Shown: positions 52,142 to 62,455, numbered from the stretch's first letter. The stretch is DNA of 64,000 bases from Patescibacteria group bacterium (GCA_040389185.1 JAZKAJ010000007.1:5127-69126); one strand, 5' to 3'. Translations and numbers: made by a program. Notes: generated by a model from the sequence alone, not told the origin.

Positions 52142-53557
52142 TTAATCTACGAAAGTCAGAGCCTTCCCCTTCGCACCTCCTCGTCCTGTTCGTCCTATTC
52201 GGTGAACATAGTCTTCGTAAGTTTCAGGGAGATCATAGTTGATCACGTGAGTCACATTCGGAATATCAAGTCCTCTTGCTGCAACGTCGGTTGCCACCAA
52301 AATCTGAACACTGTTATCTTTGAATGCCTTAAGAGCTCTCTGTCGTCTTCCGTGATTCTTGTCACCGTGAATAGACTCGGCCTTAAACCCTTTTTGAGTA
52401 AGAGTATCCATGAGCTTTTCAACCCCATGTTTTGTTCGTCCAAAGATAAGCACCTTTGAAAAATCTTTACCATTCAATAGATCATGGAGTACTTCGATCT
52501 TAACCTGATCTCGCTCAACTCGCACAACATCCTGATCAACTGATTTTGATGTGTCCCCAGTTTTTACAGAGATACTGATAGGATTCTTCAAGAAATCTTT
52601 AATGAGCACCTCGATATCTCGTGACATTGTCGCAGAGAAAAAGAGAGTATGTCGTTCTGCTGGCATAAGTCCCATCACATATTTCATATCTGCGATGAAT
52701 CCCATATCAAGCATTCGATCAGCCTCATCAAGAACAACTGTCGCGAATTCTCCGAAGTTAATACTTCGTCTTCGTTCAAGGTCCTTGAGTCGTCCTGGAG
52801 TTCCGATGATAAAGTTGTTGTGATACCTGAGGTCTCGCATTTGCATGCTGATTGGTGCACCACCAACTGCACAGACAGAATAGATCTTCATTCCTGGAGT
52901 AAGATCTTTTAATTCTTGGTCAATCTGAATCGCAAGTTCTCGAGTTGGCACCATAATGAGACAATTCTGCTTTGGATCTAGAATTACTTTATTGATCAAA
53001 GGAATTAAAAATGCTGCAGTCTTACCTGTTCCTGTGTTTGCAATACCAACAACATCCTGACCTTTGAGTACATGAGGAATTGCCTTGTCCTGAATAGGAG
53101 TTGGAGTTGTATATCCTTTTTTGAGAACATTGGCTTTTAGTTTTTCTTCAATTTTGAAATCAGCAAAGAGGTGTTCTGGTTTGAAGACTTCTTGTACTTC
53201 AGTTACAACAGCTTTGTTGATGAATCGTGAGACATCGATTCGAGGTCCTTTTGATCGGAATCCTCCTCGTCCTCCTCCTCGATTACCACCACCAAACCCA
53301 CCACGACTTCCGCCACGGAATCCTCCACCCTGTGGTCGTCCATAACCACCACGACTTCCATCAAATCGGCTCTCACTTGCACCTCTACTAAATCCACCCG
53401 CAGATCGTGTAGGAGCACTGAAAGACCGAGCTGGTCCAGTAGATGCTGGTGCTCTATGACTTGTAAATCCGCCTGCACGAGGACTTGGACTTCTTTGTCC
53501 AAATCTAGATGCACCTGCTCCTCTAGGAGCTCCTCCTGTTTTGTTATACATAAACAA
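52142..53557 (-). CDS. DEAD-box RNA helicase with N-terminal RGG-rich extension
   Basis: ANTGTGKT, PTRELA, DEAD, SAT, ARGLD, HRIGRTGR. Confidence 0.95.
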   Translation of the reverse strand: MFMYNKTGGAPRGAGASRFGQRSPSPRAGGFTSHRAPASTGPARSFSAPTRSAGGFSRGASESRFDGSRGGYGRPQGGGFRGGSRGGFGGGNRGGGRGGFRSKGPRIDVSRFINKAVVTEVQEVFKPEHLFADFKIEEKLKANVLKKGYTTPTPIQDKAIPHVLKGQDVVGIANTGTGKTAAFLIPLINKVILDPKQNCLIMVPTRELAIQIDQELKDLTPGMKIYSVCAVGGAPISMQMRDLRYHNNFIIGTPGRLKDLERRRSINFGEFATVVLDEADRMLDMGFIADMKYVMGLMPAERHTLFFSATMSRDIEVLIKDFLKNPISISVKTGDTSKSVDQDVVRVERDQVKIEVLHDLLNGKDFSKVLIFGRTKHGVEKLMDTLTQKGFKAESIHGDKNHGRRQRALKAFKDNSVQILVATDVAARGLDIPNVTHVINYDLPETYEDYVHRIGRTGRGGAKGKALTFVD

Positions 53558-53910
53558 TAAAGGGATATTAATCCCATGAATTAGAAAAGCAAAAATATTA
53601 AAATGTGAATAAAATTCACAGCTTTTGCTTTATTTAGACCCTAGCTAGTTCTATATAATTTGGGTCACCAAGCGTTCGAATGCTTTGGAAATGACTCCCA
53701 AAATTACATTCATAGAATGAGGATGAGATTCACTTGAAATACAGTATATATTATATGAGTATTTTGTCAAGGATTACGATTGACTTTTGAGCTTATTTGT
53801 GACATTATTTACATATTCGAGCTCTTTAAAAAGATTGGTTTGACTATGTTTTTCAGTACACCTAGTTAAGTAGGTATTTTGAAAGGCATAGTTAACAAAG
53901 GACCAAATAT

Positions 53911-54201
53911 ATGGATTACATCCCAGTAGCAAAAAAAATAATGCGAGAGATCGTGCGAGTCAAAAAAAACACTCAATCGATTGAAATTGAAATTGGACCA
54001 GGACTGGAGATCTTGGGTACAGTTGTTGGAATGGATGAGCCTATTGATATTGCATCAACTCACGACCATCTAATGGATCACCAGCTTGAGGAGTTGGTGC
54101 GCCTAATCTTTGAACTTTTGACCAACGACACTCCATTCGTGACCCAAATCTTGGTCACTGAAAAAATCTGTCGTCGAAAGTGGGGGAAAAAACAATCTTA
54201 A
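53911..54201 (+). CDS. Hypothetical orphan protein
   Basis: Own promoter, AAAGGA upstream, hairpin+T downstream. Confidence 0.5.
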   Translation: MDYIPVAKKIMREIVRVKKNTQSIEIEIGPGLEILGTVVGMDEPIDIASTHDHLMDHQLEELVRLIFELLTNDTPFVTQILVTEKICRRKWGKKQS

Positions 54202-54281
54202 CCCTTCCGACCCGCACCTGAACAGCCATGTTAGGTGCGGCGAAGTTTTTTATAATGTAAAGTCAAAGTATAATTTAAATA

Positions 54282-55583
54282 ATGAATCCAAACGAAAATA
54301 AAACTAAATCAAAAATCTGGGATGTCATCGTCATTGGTGGCGGTCCTGCTGGAATGATGTCAGCAATACAAGCCAAGAAAAATGGTCTTGATGTTTTACT
54401 TTTGGAAAAAAATTCTCGTCTCGGTGAAAAACTCCTCATCACCGGAGGAGGCAGATGCAACGTCACAAACGAAGAATACGACAACAAAAAAATCCTTGCG
54501 AAATACAAAGGAGCGGAGCATTATCTCTACTCCCCTTTTTCACAGTTCACAGTCAAAGACACTCTCGACTTTTTCCACTTGCGAAAAATGCCTACCAAAA
54601 CAGAAGCTCTCCAAAGAGTATTCCCTGCAACAAGCAGAGCAGAATCTGTCTGGAATGTACTCATTGAAGAATTAAAGAAAAGCAAAATAGAAATTCTTTC
54701 TAATTCCGAAGTAAAAGGTTTCATAAAAGAAGAATCTTCCCTAGACGTTGGACGTCTAGGGAAGATAATCGGAGTTAAAATGCGAGGAGATAATATTATC
54801 CAGGCCAAAAACTTTATCTTGGCTACTGGGGGCAAATCACGCCCTGAGACAGGCTCAACTGGTGATGGATTCAAATGGCTTAAAGATTTGGGACACAAAG
54901 TAGCAGAACCTTCAGCTTCCCTAGTGCCAATTGCCATAAAAGACGACAAGGAGAATAATTGGTTCAAATTACTTCAAGGTATCACTCTTTCAGAAGTAAA
55001 GATCACGACAGTCCAATTCGACAAAAAACAAAAAGTATCGAAAGGTAAAATTCTCTTTACTCACTTTGGAATAACGGGTCCAACAATTCTTAATATGAGT
55101 AAAAGTATCGGCGAACTCCTCTCATATGGAGATGTGTTTATTGTCCTCGACCTCCTCCCTACTCTTGATCACGGAATGCTTAACAAAAAACTCCAGGAAA
55201 TATTTGCTCGAGAACATAACAAAAAAATCAAGAATTCTCTTGATGAATTATTTGTAAGTACACTCGCGCCAATAGTCTTAGAAAAATCAGGTATAGATAT
55301 CGATAAAAAGTGTAACAGTGTTACAAAGGAAGAACGAATGAAACTCATCGAAACCGCAAAGAACATGAAGCTCGAGGTCGAAGAACTTCTCGGAACTGAT
55401 AAAGCAATTATCACTTCAGGAGGAGTAGATCTTAAAGAAGTAGATACCAAGACAATGCGATCAATACTTTTTCCTAACCTCTATCTCGTCGGTGATATTT
55501 TGAATATTGATAGACCATCTGGCGGATACTCGCTTCAGCTTTGTTGGACTACAGGATTTGTTGCAGGAAATAATATAAAGTAA
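54282..55583 (+). CDS. HI0933/BaiN-family flavoprotein
   Basis: GGGPAGM, TGGGRCNVTN, ATGG.S.P..GSTGDG, LFTHFG.TGP, GGY.LQ. Confidence 0.92.
   Translation: MNPNENKTKSKIWDVIVIGGGPAGMMSAIQAKKNGLDVLLLEKNSRLGEKLLITGGGRCNVTNEEYDNKKILAKYKGAEHYLYSPFSQFTVKDTLDFFHLRKMPTKTEALQRVFPATSRAESVWNVLIEELKKSKIEILSNSEVKGFIKEESSLDVGRLGKIIGVKMRGDNIIQAKNFILATGGKSRPETGSTGDGFKWLKDLGHKVAEPSASLVPIAIKDDKENNWFKLLQGITLSEVKITTVQFDKKQKVSKGKILFTHFGITGPTILNMSKSIGELLSYGDVFIVLDLLPTLDHGMLNKKLQEIFAREHNKKIKNSLDELFVSTLAPIVLEKSGIDIDKKCNSVTKEERMKLIETAKNMKLEVEELLGTDKAIITSGGVDLKEVDTKTMRSILFPNLYLVGDILNIDRPSGGYSLQLCWTTGFVAGNNIK
54734..54766. repeat. Perfect 15 bp palindrome inside coding sequence
   Basis: atcttccctagacgt-tgg-acgtctagggaagat (33 nt). 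Confidence 0.85.
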
Positions 55584-55597
55584 TTTGAAAAATAATG

Positions 55598-55630
55598 AAA
55601 ATGCACCGCGGCTACGCCGCGGTGCATTTT
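55598..55630. repeat. REP-like palindrome / bidirectional terminator
   Basis: aaaatgcaccgcggc-tac-gccgcggtgcatttt. Confidence 0.85.
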
Positions 55631-55647
55631 ACTTTATTGTTCAGGGC

Positions 55648-56928
55648 TTAATTATTAGTAACAATGACCGTTGAACTTACACTCGCACTTGCTTTGCCCG
55701 AATTTGTAACAATGAATCGAGGAGTATATGTGCCTGGCGAATTATATGTGTGAGTAAATGTCGTTGTTTGAAACACTGTCGAAGCATTTGAAGCGACTGT
55801 CGCATTTGAATTATTTATTTCATCACCCCAGACAACAGAATAACCATATGTCCCTATCGCTTGAGCAGCTGTTTGAATCACCCATGTACCCTGCTCTCCC
55901 ACACGCAAGCTATTTGGTGCATCGATACCAATAATTTGCGGACCGTTATTTGAGTCACTTATAACAGTAAATATTTTACTGTTACTTTCTGCAGTATCTA
56001 CATTCTTTATTGAGACCACATAATCTCCAGGAGTTACCTGTCGAGCAAGCATTGAACAAAACATATTAGGTGCGCAATAATTGCCAATATATTTAGGAAC
56101 CGTAAATGTGAGCCGTGTACCATTTTGTGATACCTCTCCATTATATATGGCACCATTACCAAACTTGATTATATTAATATTTGCAAATCCACTTCCGAAT
56201 AGTGTTACAACAGTTCCTGTTGAACCTTGTGCGGGTGTTATCGAATCGATATATGGATTTAAAGTATTTTGTGAAGTAACAGTAAAATTCAAACTATTAC
56301 TTGTACCATTGACATTCTTAACTTGCACAGAATAATCGCCTGGTGTTGTTTTTTGAGAAGCGGCAAATGTCAAACAAGGAGGGTTTGAATAGTAACAAAG
56401 TGGACTCAAATAATCTGGCACCATAAATGAGACTTTGGTACCATTATCCCATGCTTTTGCATGCACTAATGCCCCGTTTCCAAAGAGAATCGTATTATCC
56501 GTTGTAAAGTCTGAACCCGTTATCACAACCTCAGTTCCAACAACTCCTGATTGAGGAGACAATGAGTATATCTGAAGATTATTTGTTACGGTTCCACAAG
56601 ATATCCGCCCAATCTCAGCACGAGTCAAAGGGCCAACAAATCCAGTTGTTATAATACCGTGGTCTCGTTGAAAATTACGAACTGCATCCATGGTTACTAC
56701 ACCAAAATATCCTGTAGTAACAACATGGAAATAACCTGTGGTTGATAAGTAAGACTGTAATTTAGTCACTTCTCCACCAGTTCGCACATCACTTAAACCA
56801 AGATGGAGGTCATTAGACAATTGTATACAAGAAGAGGTTGGTGCAACACTCTCAGCTTGGGTCACAAACGCTGTAGAAAATGCAAAAACAAAAACACTTA
56901 AAAAAGTAAAGATTTTATTGGTATTCAT
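55648..56928 (-). CDS. Secreted protein: peptidoglycan-binding domain + 2 IPT/TIG + PKD-like domain
   Basis: LQSYL..TGYFG..T..AV..FQ...GFVGPLT; P.SG..GT.V...GS.F repeats; WGD..HTY..PGTY. Confidence 0.8.
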   Translation of the reverse strand: MNTNKIFTFLSVFVFAFSTAFVTQAESVAPTSSCIQLSNDLHLGLSDVRTGGEVTKLQSYLSTTGYFHVVTTGYFGVVTMDAVRNFQRDHGIITTGFVGPLTRAEIGRISCGTVTNNLQIYSLSPQSGVVGTEVVITGSDFTTDNTILFGNGALVHAKAWDNGTKVSFMVPDYLSPLCYYSNPPCLTFAASQKTTPGDYSVQVKNVNGTSNSLNFTVTSQNTLNPYIDSITPAQGSTGTVVTLFGSGFANINIIKFGNGAIYNGEVSQNGTRLTFTVPKYIGNYCAPNMFCSMLARQVTPGDYVVSIKNVDTAESNSKIFTVISDSNNGPQIIGIDAPNSLRVGEQGTWVIQTAAQAIGTYGYSVVWGDEINNSNATVASNASTVFQTTTFTHTYNSPGTYTPRFIVTNSGKASASVSSTVIVTNN

Positions 56929-56975
56929 ATTATTTTGAAAATATTAGATGTTATATTAGATGCCCTAGTGTGTAA

Positions 56976-57002
56976 GACGGGTGCATGAGGTTTTGGTGAC
57001 AA
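56976..57002 (-). promoter_or_regulatory. Putative ECF-sigma promoter
   Basis: Minus strand TTGTCA-N17-CGTC. Confidence 0.65.
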
Positions 57003-57042
57003 CGCGAGGTTCATTACCGTAAATTCACCACAAGAAAATAGT

Positions 57043-57642
57043 TTACATAAAATTTCTATCTTTCAGATATGAAACAAAACTGTCTACATTTGTATATTCA
57101 TACCCTTGTATCCCCAAATCTTCTGCGGCTTTCACATTCACTTCATTATCATCAACAAAAATTGATTCTTCTGGCTTTGAATCTATAAAATCAAGAGTGT
57201 AGAGGTAAATCTCCGGGTCTGGTTTTAACATCTTGACTTCTGATGAAATAACTATTTTATCAAATAATTCTTTGAATTCAGGATAATCCCTGTACACTTT
57301 TCTGTTAAATATGGAATTGTTCGCATTCGAGAGCAGAGCAATTTTATATCCTTTTGATTTGAGTTTCTGTGCAACTTCAACCAATTGATTGTCTAATATA
57401 CAAAATTGATCGATCTCATCTAATATTTCTTGTTTCGTAGACTTGACCCAGGGATGACTTAAAAGATAATCAAGAAAATCATCTTCGGATAAATTACCAA
57501 GATCACTTTCCCTCACAATACTCATAAAGTCAGGATCAGAATGTCCAGTACTTGAAATGTTCTTTGCATACCACAGAGAAAGTGGTGGTGTGAGAAATAC
57601 CTTGAAACAATCAAATATAAAAGTGGTAATATGTTTATCCAT
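57043..57642 (-). CDS. HAD family phosphatase
   Basis: FDCF, LSNA, KPDPEIY, FVDD. Confidence 0.85.
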   Translation of the reverse strand: MDKHITTFIFDCFKVFLTPPLSLWYAKNISSTGHSDPDFMSIVRESDLGNLSEDDFLDYLLSHPWVKSTKQEILDEIDQFCILDNQLVEVAQKLKSKGYKIALLSNANNSIFNRKVYRDYPEFKELFDKIVISSEVKMLKPDPEIYLYTLDFIDSKPEESIFVDDNEVNVKAAEDLGIQGYEYTNVDSFVSYLKDRNFM

Positions 57643-57643
57643 A

Positions 57644-58306
57644 TTAAATTTGGTCTGAATAGATAAATACTTCAGGGATTTCTTTCAGAATATTTGCAGG
57701 TTTTTCTTTTAGTGGAGCCGAGTTTTCTTTGAGTTCAGAAATTACACCCTGCTTTGATTCTCCAAAAATAAAAACAAATGCTTTATTGATTTTTCGAATT
57801 GCTTCAAAAGATAAAGTGATTCTTTTGTAGGGTTCTCTAATATATGAAGACACTAGGTTAGTCTCATGAGTAGCAGGACTTTCTGGCAAGATTCCGGCAA
57901 TATGAAGATCAGATCCAATACCGAATTGAGAAATGACCATATCATTTTCTGCAAAGGCATTTGAAAGATTGCTCTCAAAATCATTTGTGGTCTGTTTAAA
58001 ATCCTTATTAGTTAGCACCGGAATCACATTTACAACTCCGAAATCAAAACCTGCTTCAATGAGTTTTTTCCAGCTTGAATCAGCATGCCCAACTTCCCCA
58101 TATCGCTCATCAGTTAAAGTGACGGTAATCTTTTTAAGATCTACAATGGAATTTTTAAGAATTTGAAGTGTATCAACACAAGATTGAATACTCGATCCCC
58201 CAGTCAAAAACCAAAGTACTTTTTTACCCTGATTTAATTCGAGAGCAATAGCCTCTGCTAAATTCTTAGAACCTTTTTTATAATCTTCTGATTTTATGTA
58301 TTGCAT
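57644..58306 (-). CDS. pgl: 6-phosphogluconolactonase-like protein
   Basis: TGGSS, DERY, G.D.HIAGI.P, RITL; context with gnd/zwf. Confidence 0.8.
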   Translation of the reverse strand: MQYIKSEDYKKGSKNLAEAIALELNQGKKVLWFLTGGSSIQSCVDTLQILKNSIVDLKKITVTLTDERYGEVGHADSSWKKLIEAGFDFGVVNVIPVLTNKDFKQTTNDFESNLSNAFAENDMVISQFGIGSDLHIAGILPESPATHETNLVSSYIREPYKRITLSFEAIRKINKAFVFIFGESKQGVISELKENSAPLKEKPANILKEIPEVFIYSDQI

Positions 58307-58370
58307 GTTACTTCAATTTGTAATTTTTTCTACGGCCGTAGAAAAAATTACAAATTTTATTATTTACACT

Positions 58371-59300
58371 TTATTTATTCTTTGTTACCCCATGCCCTCC
58401 AAATTGTTTTCGAAGAAGCGAAACGATTTTATTTGAAAATTTATCTTGGTTTTTTGGGTCACTCGATTCCTTGCGTACATTGAGCGCATCTTCGATCACT
58501 CTCACATCTACTCCAAATTCCTTTCCAGTATTTACAGTCCATGCACCCTCACCTGTCGCGTTGATAAACCCATTTGTCTTTTTGATATTTTCTGTTTCAA
58601 AAATATTTCGACAGAGATCAATAAGCCAGCTCCGAACAACAGATCCTTGCTGATACACTCTTGTGACATCTTTGAGATTAAGCTTAAATGGACCAGCATT
58701 GAGTACTGCATACCCTTCTCCAATCGCTTCCATCATTCCATATTCAATTCCGTTATGCACCATTTTAGTGAAATGTCCTGCACCTGATTTTCCAAGATAT
58801 GCATAATTATCTCCCGAAGAAAGAGTCTTGAATATTGGTTCGACAATATTCCATTTTTGTTTTGGTCCACCTACCATAAGCGCGAAACCATTCTTTTCAC
58901 CCCATACTCCACCTGATGTTCCAGAGTCAAAATAATAGATACCTTTTTTTGCCAATTTTTCCCCTCGCACCATTGTCTCCTTATAAAAAGAATTCCCTCC
59001 ATCAATTACAATGTCCCCCTTCTTAAGATATTTTCCTATTCCATTTTCTCCAAAAATAAATTTGTCGACAGTATCATGAGGAAGCATGATCCAATAGACA
59101 CTTTTTTCAGATCTTGATTTAGTCATCACCTCCTCAAGATTTGTTGTTCCGAATATTTTACTCTTTTTGATCTCTATTATTTTGTCTTCTCCCCGATTCC
59201 AAGCGAGCACTTTAAATTTATTCTTATGAAGTCGTCTTGCTATCTGTGCACCCATCTTTCCTAATCCAAAAATTGTTACTGTAGGTTTATTGTTTGCCAT
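58371..59300 (-). CDS. gnd: 6-phosphogluconate dehydrogenase (short type)
   Basis: GLGKMG, DGGNS, SGGVWG, KMVHNGIEYG, LRKQFGGH. Confidence 0.93.
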   Translation of the reverse strand: MANNKPTVTIFGLGKMGAQIARRLHKNKFKVLAWNRGEDKIIEIKKSKIFGTTNLEEVMTKSRSEKSVYWIMLPHDTVDKFIFGENGIGKYLKKGDIVIDGGNSFYKETMVRGEKLAKKGIYYFDSGTSGGVWGEKNGFALMVGGPKQKWNIVEPIFKTLSSGDNYAYLGKSGAGHFTKMVHNGIEYGMMEAIGEGYAVLNAGPFKLNLKDVTRVYQQGSVVRSWLIDLCRNIFETENIKKTNGFINATGEGAWTVNTGKEFGVDVRVIEDALNVRKESSDPKNQDKFSNKIVSLLRKQFGGHGVTKNK

Positions 59301-59311
59301 ATCTCTTAAAA

Positions 59312-59932
59312 TTAATTTTTATTAATAATGATCACTTGTCCATCTAGTAGAGTCTTATAAAGAATCTTCTTTTCTTCAAGATAATTAACAACTTTTTCTA
59401 TCGCCTCAGATTCTTCATGTCCTGAACGATAATGAGGAGCGATCGAGTAATCAATAAGATCTAGTCCTTCCCAAACTATACCAGATTCATAAATTCTTCT
59501 GACAGCTAGAGCATCATCCACCAATTCAAACCCTTCCAATGTTTTTCCTGCTACTACACTTCCAGCACTGTATCCTCCATACACAAAATTAGGATCTTTG
59601 CCCATTTCTTTAATAACAATATCAAATTCACTATCGCGCATGATTCGACGTAAAAGAAATACGTTCCCACCCATAACCCATACTCCATTATACTTTTTAA
59701 ATTCAGTCATTAAATCCGATCGATTCTTGAAATCTCTCAAATCAACCTCTGTTCCTTTAACACCAATTTTATTTAGATTATTTAACTCTTCTATTATTCT
59801 ACTTTTTCTTTCTGAACTGGAAAGATAATCCTGTGCATTCAATATTACAGCAATATTTGGTTGCGCTGTAAATAAGGATACAAATTTTTGAGGATCTTCA
59901 CCAAAATCATGTGATGATAAATAGAGTTTCAT
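59312..59932 (-). CDS. Peptidase E (S51) family protein
   Basis: MGGNVFLL, GYSAGS, PHY. Confidence 0.85.
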   Translation of the reverse strand: MKLYLSSHDFGEDPQKFVSLFTAQPNIAVILNAQDYLSSSERKSRIIEELNNLNKIGVKGTEVDLRDFKNRSDLMTEFKKYNGVWVMGGNVFLLRRIMRDSEFDIVIKEMGKDPNFVYGGYSAGSVVAGKTLEGFELVDDALAVRRIYESGIVWEGLDLIDYSIAPHYRSGHEESEAIEKVVNYLEEKKILYKTLLDGQVIIINKN

Positions 59933-59938
59933 AAAGAA

Positions 59939-61123
59939 TTAAATAATGAAATTGGGTCCATTACCTTTCTTATACAATACCAAAGGCGTACTACCCATAT
60001 TTTCTCTCACTTCATCTGCGAGACGCCAAAGAGCAAGTAATTCTTCTTTGCCTACAAATGTATTCATATCTCCTTTGAAAGCAGATTCAATCACTGCTTC
60101 ATAAGCATTGTAGTGTTTCGGTATATCAATGTTAAATACAAATTTCTCACCATCATTAAACTCGATTTCGACCTCTTCTTTTCTTTCATCTATTTCAAGT
60201 GCTTTTCCTGCTTCAATCACAATCTCAATATCTGTAAATTTTGGAAGAAGACTTTGTAATCCTAATCTAAAATAAGTTTCTGTCACTGATTCTGAGGCGA
60301 CTCCTTTCTCTTCTTTATATCCTTCATATTGTGCACGGATAAGACTTCGTGGCATATATTGTAGAGACTCGATCACATCCTTGCGCGCCGTACTTTGGTC
60401 ATTCCCTAACTCCATAAGTAGTGTCGCCACTATTTCAAGCACATGGTTTTGACCCACATCAATAAATGCACCCACTTTGTCATAGAATTCTCCTCGCCCT
60501 TGAATATCAATCACTTCTCTGAGTCGACAGACTATTCTTGAAACATGTTCATTATTTAATTTTGATTCAAATACAGGATCTGCGTTTCGTTTATTTATGA
60601 TTTCTCGAAGCCCGACTTTTCCCAGATAATGATCAATTCGAAGAATTTCTTTCTCTTCAAAAAAATTCTCAATTAGGTTTTCGAGAGATTCCGCAGATTC
60701 AAGACTATTTCCAAAAGGCTTCTCAATAAGGATTTTCCCTTTGAGGCCAGCCTTACCAAGACCTTTTACAATGTCCGCATATGCATTTGGTAGTACCGCA
60801 AGATAGTAGAATACTTCACCTACTCCGATTTCTGATTTTAGTTTTTCATAAGACCCTGAATCTTCAAATGAACCATTTACAAAAACTACATGCTCAAGAA
60901 AATCCTGAACAGTACCCTCATCAAATTTCGAGAGTGACGGTTTGATAAAATTTCTATATTCATCATCACCCCACTCTCTTCTCCCAAAAGCAATTATTTT
61001 TGAAGCGTTGTTTGGTTCATTTTTTTGAAACAATGCGCAGAGTGCTGGTATGATTTTAATTTGTGCCAGGTTTCCTGTTGCCCCAAACAACACATATGTA
61101 ATTGGATGAATATTATCTACCAT
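59939..61123 (-). CDS. zwf: Glucose-6-phosphate dehydrogenase (shortened)
   Basis: FGATGNLA, EKPFG, RIDHYLGK, FYD..G...D..QNH. Confidence 0.88.
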   Translation of the reverse strand: MVDNIHPITYVLFGATGNLAQIKIIPALCALFQKNEPNNASKIIAFGRREWGDDEYRNFIKPSLSKFDEGTVQDFLEHVVFVNGSFEDSGSYEKLKSEIGVGEVFYYLAVLPNAYADIVKGLGKAGLKGKILIEKPFGNSLESAESLENLIENFFEEKEILRIDHYLGKVGLREIINKRNADPVFESKLNNEHVSRIVCRLREVIDIQGRGEFYDKVGAFIDVGQNHVLEIVATLLMELGNDQSTARKDVIESLQYMPRSLIRAQYEGYKEEKGVASESVTETYFRLGLQSLLPKFTDIEIVIEAGKALEIDERKEEVEIEFNDGEKFVFNIDIPKHYNAYEAVIESAFKGDMNTFVGKEELLALWRLADEVRENMGSTPLVLYKKGNGPNFII

Positions 61124-61126
61124 AAC

Positions 61127-61597
61127 TTAATTTAACTTAACCTCATTCCTCGTATCGACATGATGTCCATTAATTTTTATATCATCATTTACCCACAATC
61201 TTTCTGGTGTAAATTTATACACCCTTCGAGGACTTATACCGATAAAATCTTTCGCACTTTTTGTTTCTTTATTTTTTCGCGCATAGAAAATTTTAAGTGC
61301 AAAAGTAATTTTATCTTCATCATTTACTACCTCTGCTTTCCCTTGCATATACACACCCTCACCAGTCCCTTCCTTTGCATTTGGTGAATATATAACCGCA
61401 AACACCTTATGGTTAAATTCAATATTTTTTGAATGCTCAGAATCAGGGCTAGAAATCCAATAAAAATTGTAATCATTATCGTAGGCTGTATACACTGGGG
61501 AATTCCACGGATTGCCCTCCTTAGATACAGTTGCAAGAGTGATATAAATCACTTCTTCAATAATTTCTTTTGCCCTTTTAGCCCTCAATTCATTCAT
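61127..61597 (-). CDS. Pyridoxamine 5'-phosphate oxidase-like FMN-binding protein
   Basis: LATV...G.P...PV, S.HSKNI..N. Confidence 0.8.
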   Translation of the reverse strand: MNELRAKRAKEIIEEVIYITLATVSKEGNPWNSPVYTAYDNDYNFYWISSPDSEHSKNIEFNHKVFAVIYSPNAKEGTGEGVYMQGKAEVVNDEDKITFALKIFYARKNKETKSAKDFIGISPRRVYKFTPERLWVNDDIKINGHHVDTRNEVKLN

Positions 61598-61598
61598 T

Positions 61599-62354
61599 TT
61601 ATTGATTATCCCCTTTTATCATTTTGATCGCCTCAGAAACAGTTGTCATGAATTGCGCTGGGAAAATAATTGTTGAATTTTTCTCTACACTAATTTCAGA
61701 CATGGTCTGCAACGTTCGAAGCTGTAGTGCGACAGGATGCGCTGCAATAATATCTGCCGCTTCTCCAAGTTTTACCGCTGCCTGGAATTCACCTTCTGCT
61801 GCCACGATTTTTGCACGTCTTTCTCGTTCTGCCTCAGCTTCTTTTGCCATTGCTCGCTGCATATTTTCTGGAAGAGAAATATCCTTGATCTCAACTGCAG
61901 TCACCTGAACTCCCCAAGGTTCTGTATGAGAATCAATAACGTCTTTAATTTTTGAATTAATATCGAGCGTTTGTGAAAGAATCTCATCGAGTTTGAATTG
62001 CCCAATAACATTTCGCACCGTTGTCTGACTGATCTGATTAACCGCACTGTACACATCCTCAATTGCTACGACAGATTTTTGCGCATCAACAATCTTGTAA
62101 TATGCAACAGCAGCGATATCAATAGACACATTATCTTTTGTAATAATTTTCTGAGATGGAATATTCATAGTGATTGTTCGAAGCGCAACCTTTGTCATCT
62201 GCTCAAGGATTGGAACAAGGATAATGAGTCCAGGACCTCGTACTCCCACACATTTACCCAAGAAAAAGACCACGCCCCGATCATATTCTTTGACCACCCG
62301 AAGAGAGAGTGAAAGTAAAACAACAAATACTGCAATACCGATATATAAAATCAT
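61599..62354 (-). CDS. SPFH/stomatin (slipin) family protein
   Basis: [36 protein letters not shown]. Confidence 0.92.
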   Translation of the reverse strand: MILYIGIAVFVVLLSLSLRVVKEYDRGVVFFLGKCVGVRGPGLIILVPILEQMTKVALRTITMNIPSQKIITKDNVSIDIAAVAYYKIVDAQKSVVAIEDVYSAVNQISQTTVRNVIGQFKLDEILSQTLDINSKIKDVIDSHTEPWGVQVTAVEIKDISLPENMQRAMAKEAEAERERRAKIVAAEGEFQAAVKLGEAADIIAAHPVALQLRTLQTMSEISVEKNSTIIFPAQFMTTVSEAIKMIKGDNQ

Positions 62355-62455
62355 ATATTTATACTAATTATTAAGTATAGGAATTATAACATATTCAAAC
62401 CGCCCCGTTGCCACGGGGCGGTAGGGCGTTCTGTATTTAAACACTGAAGCGGAGT

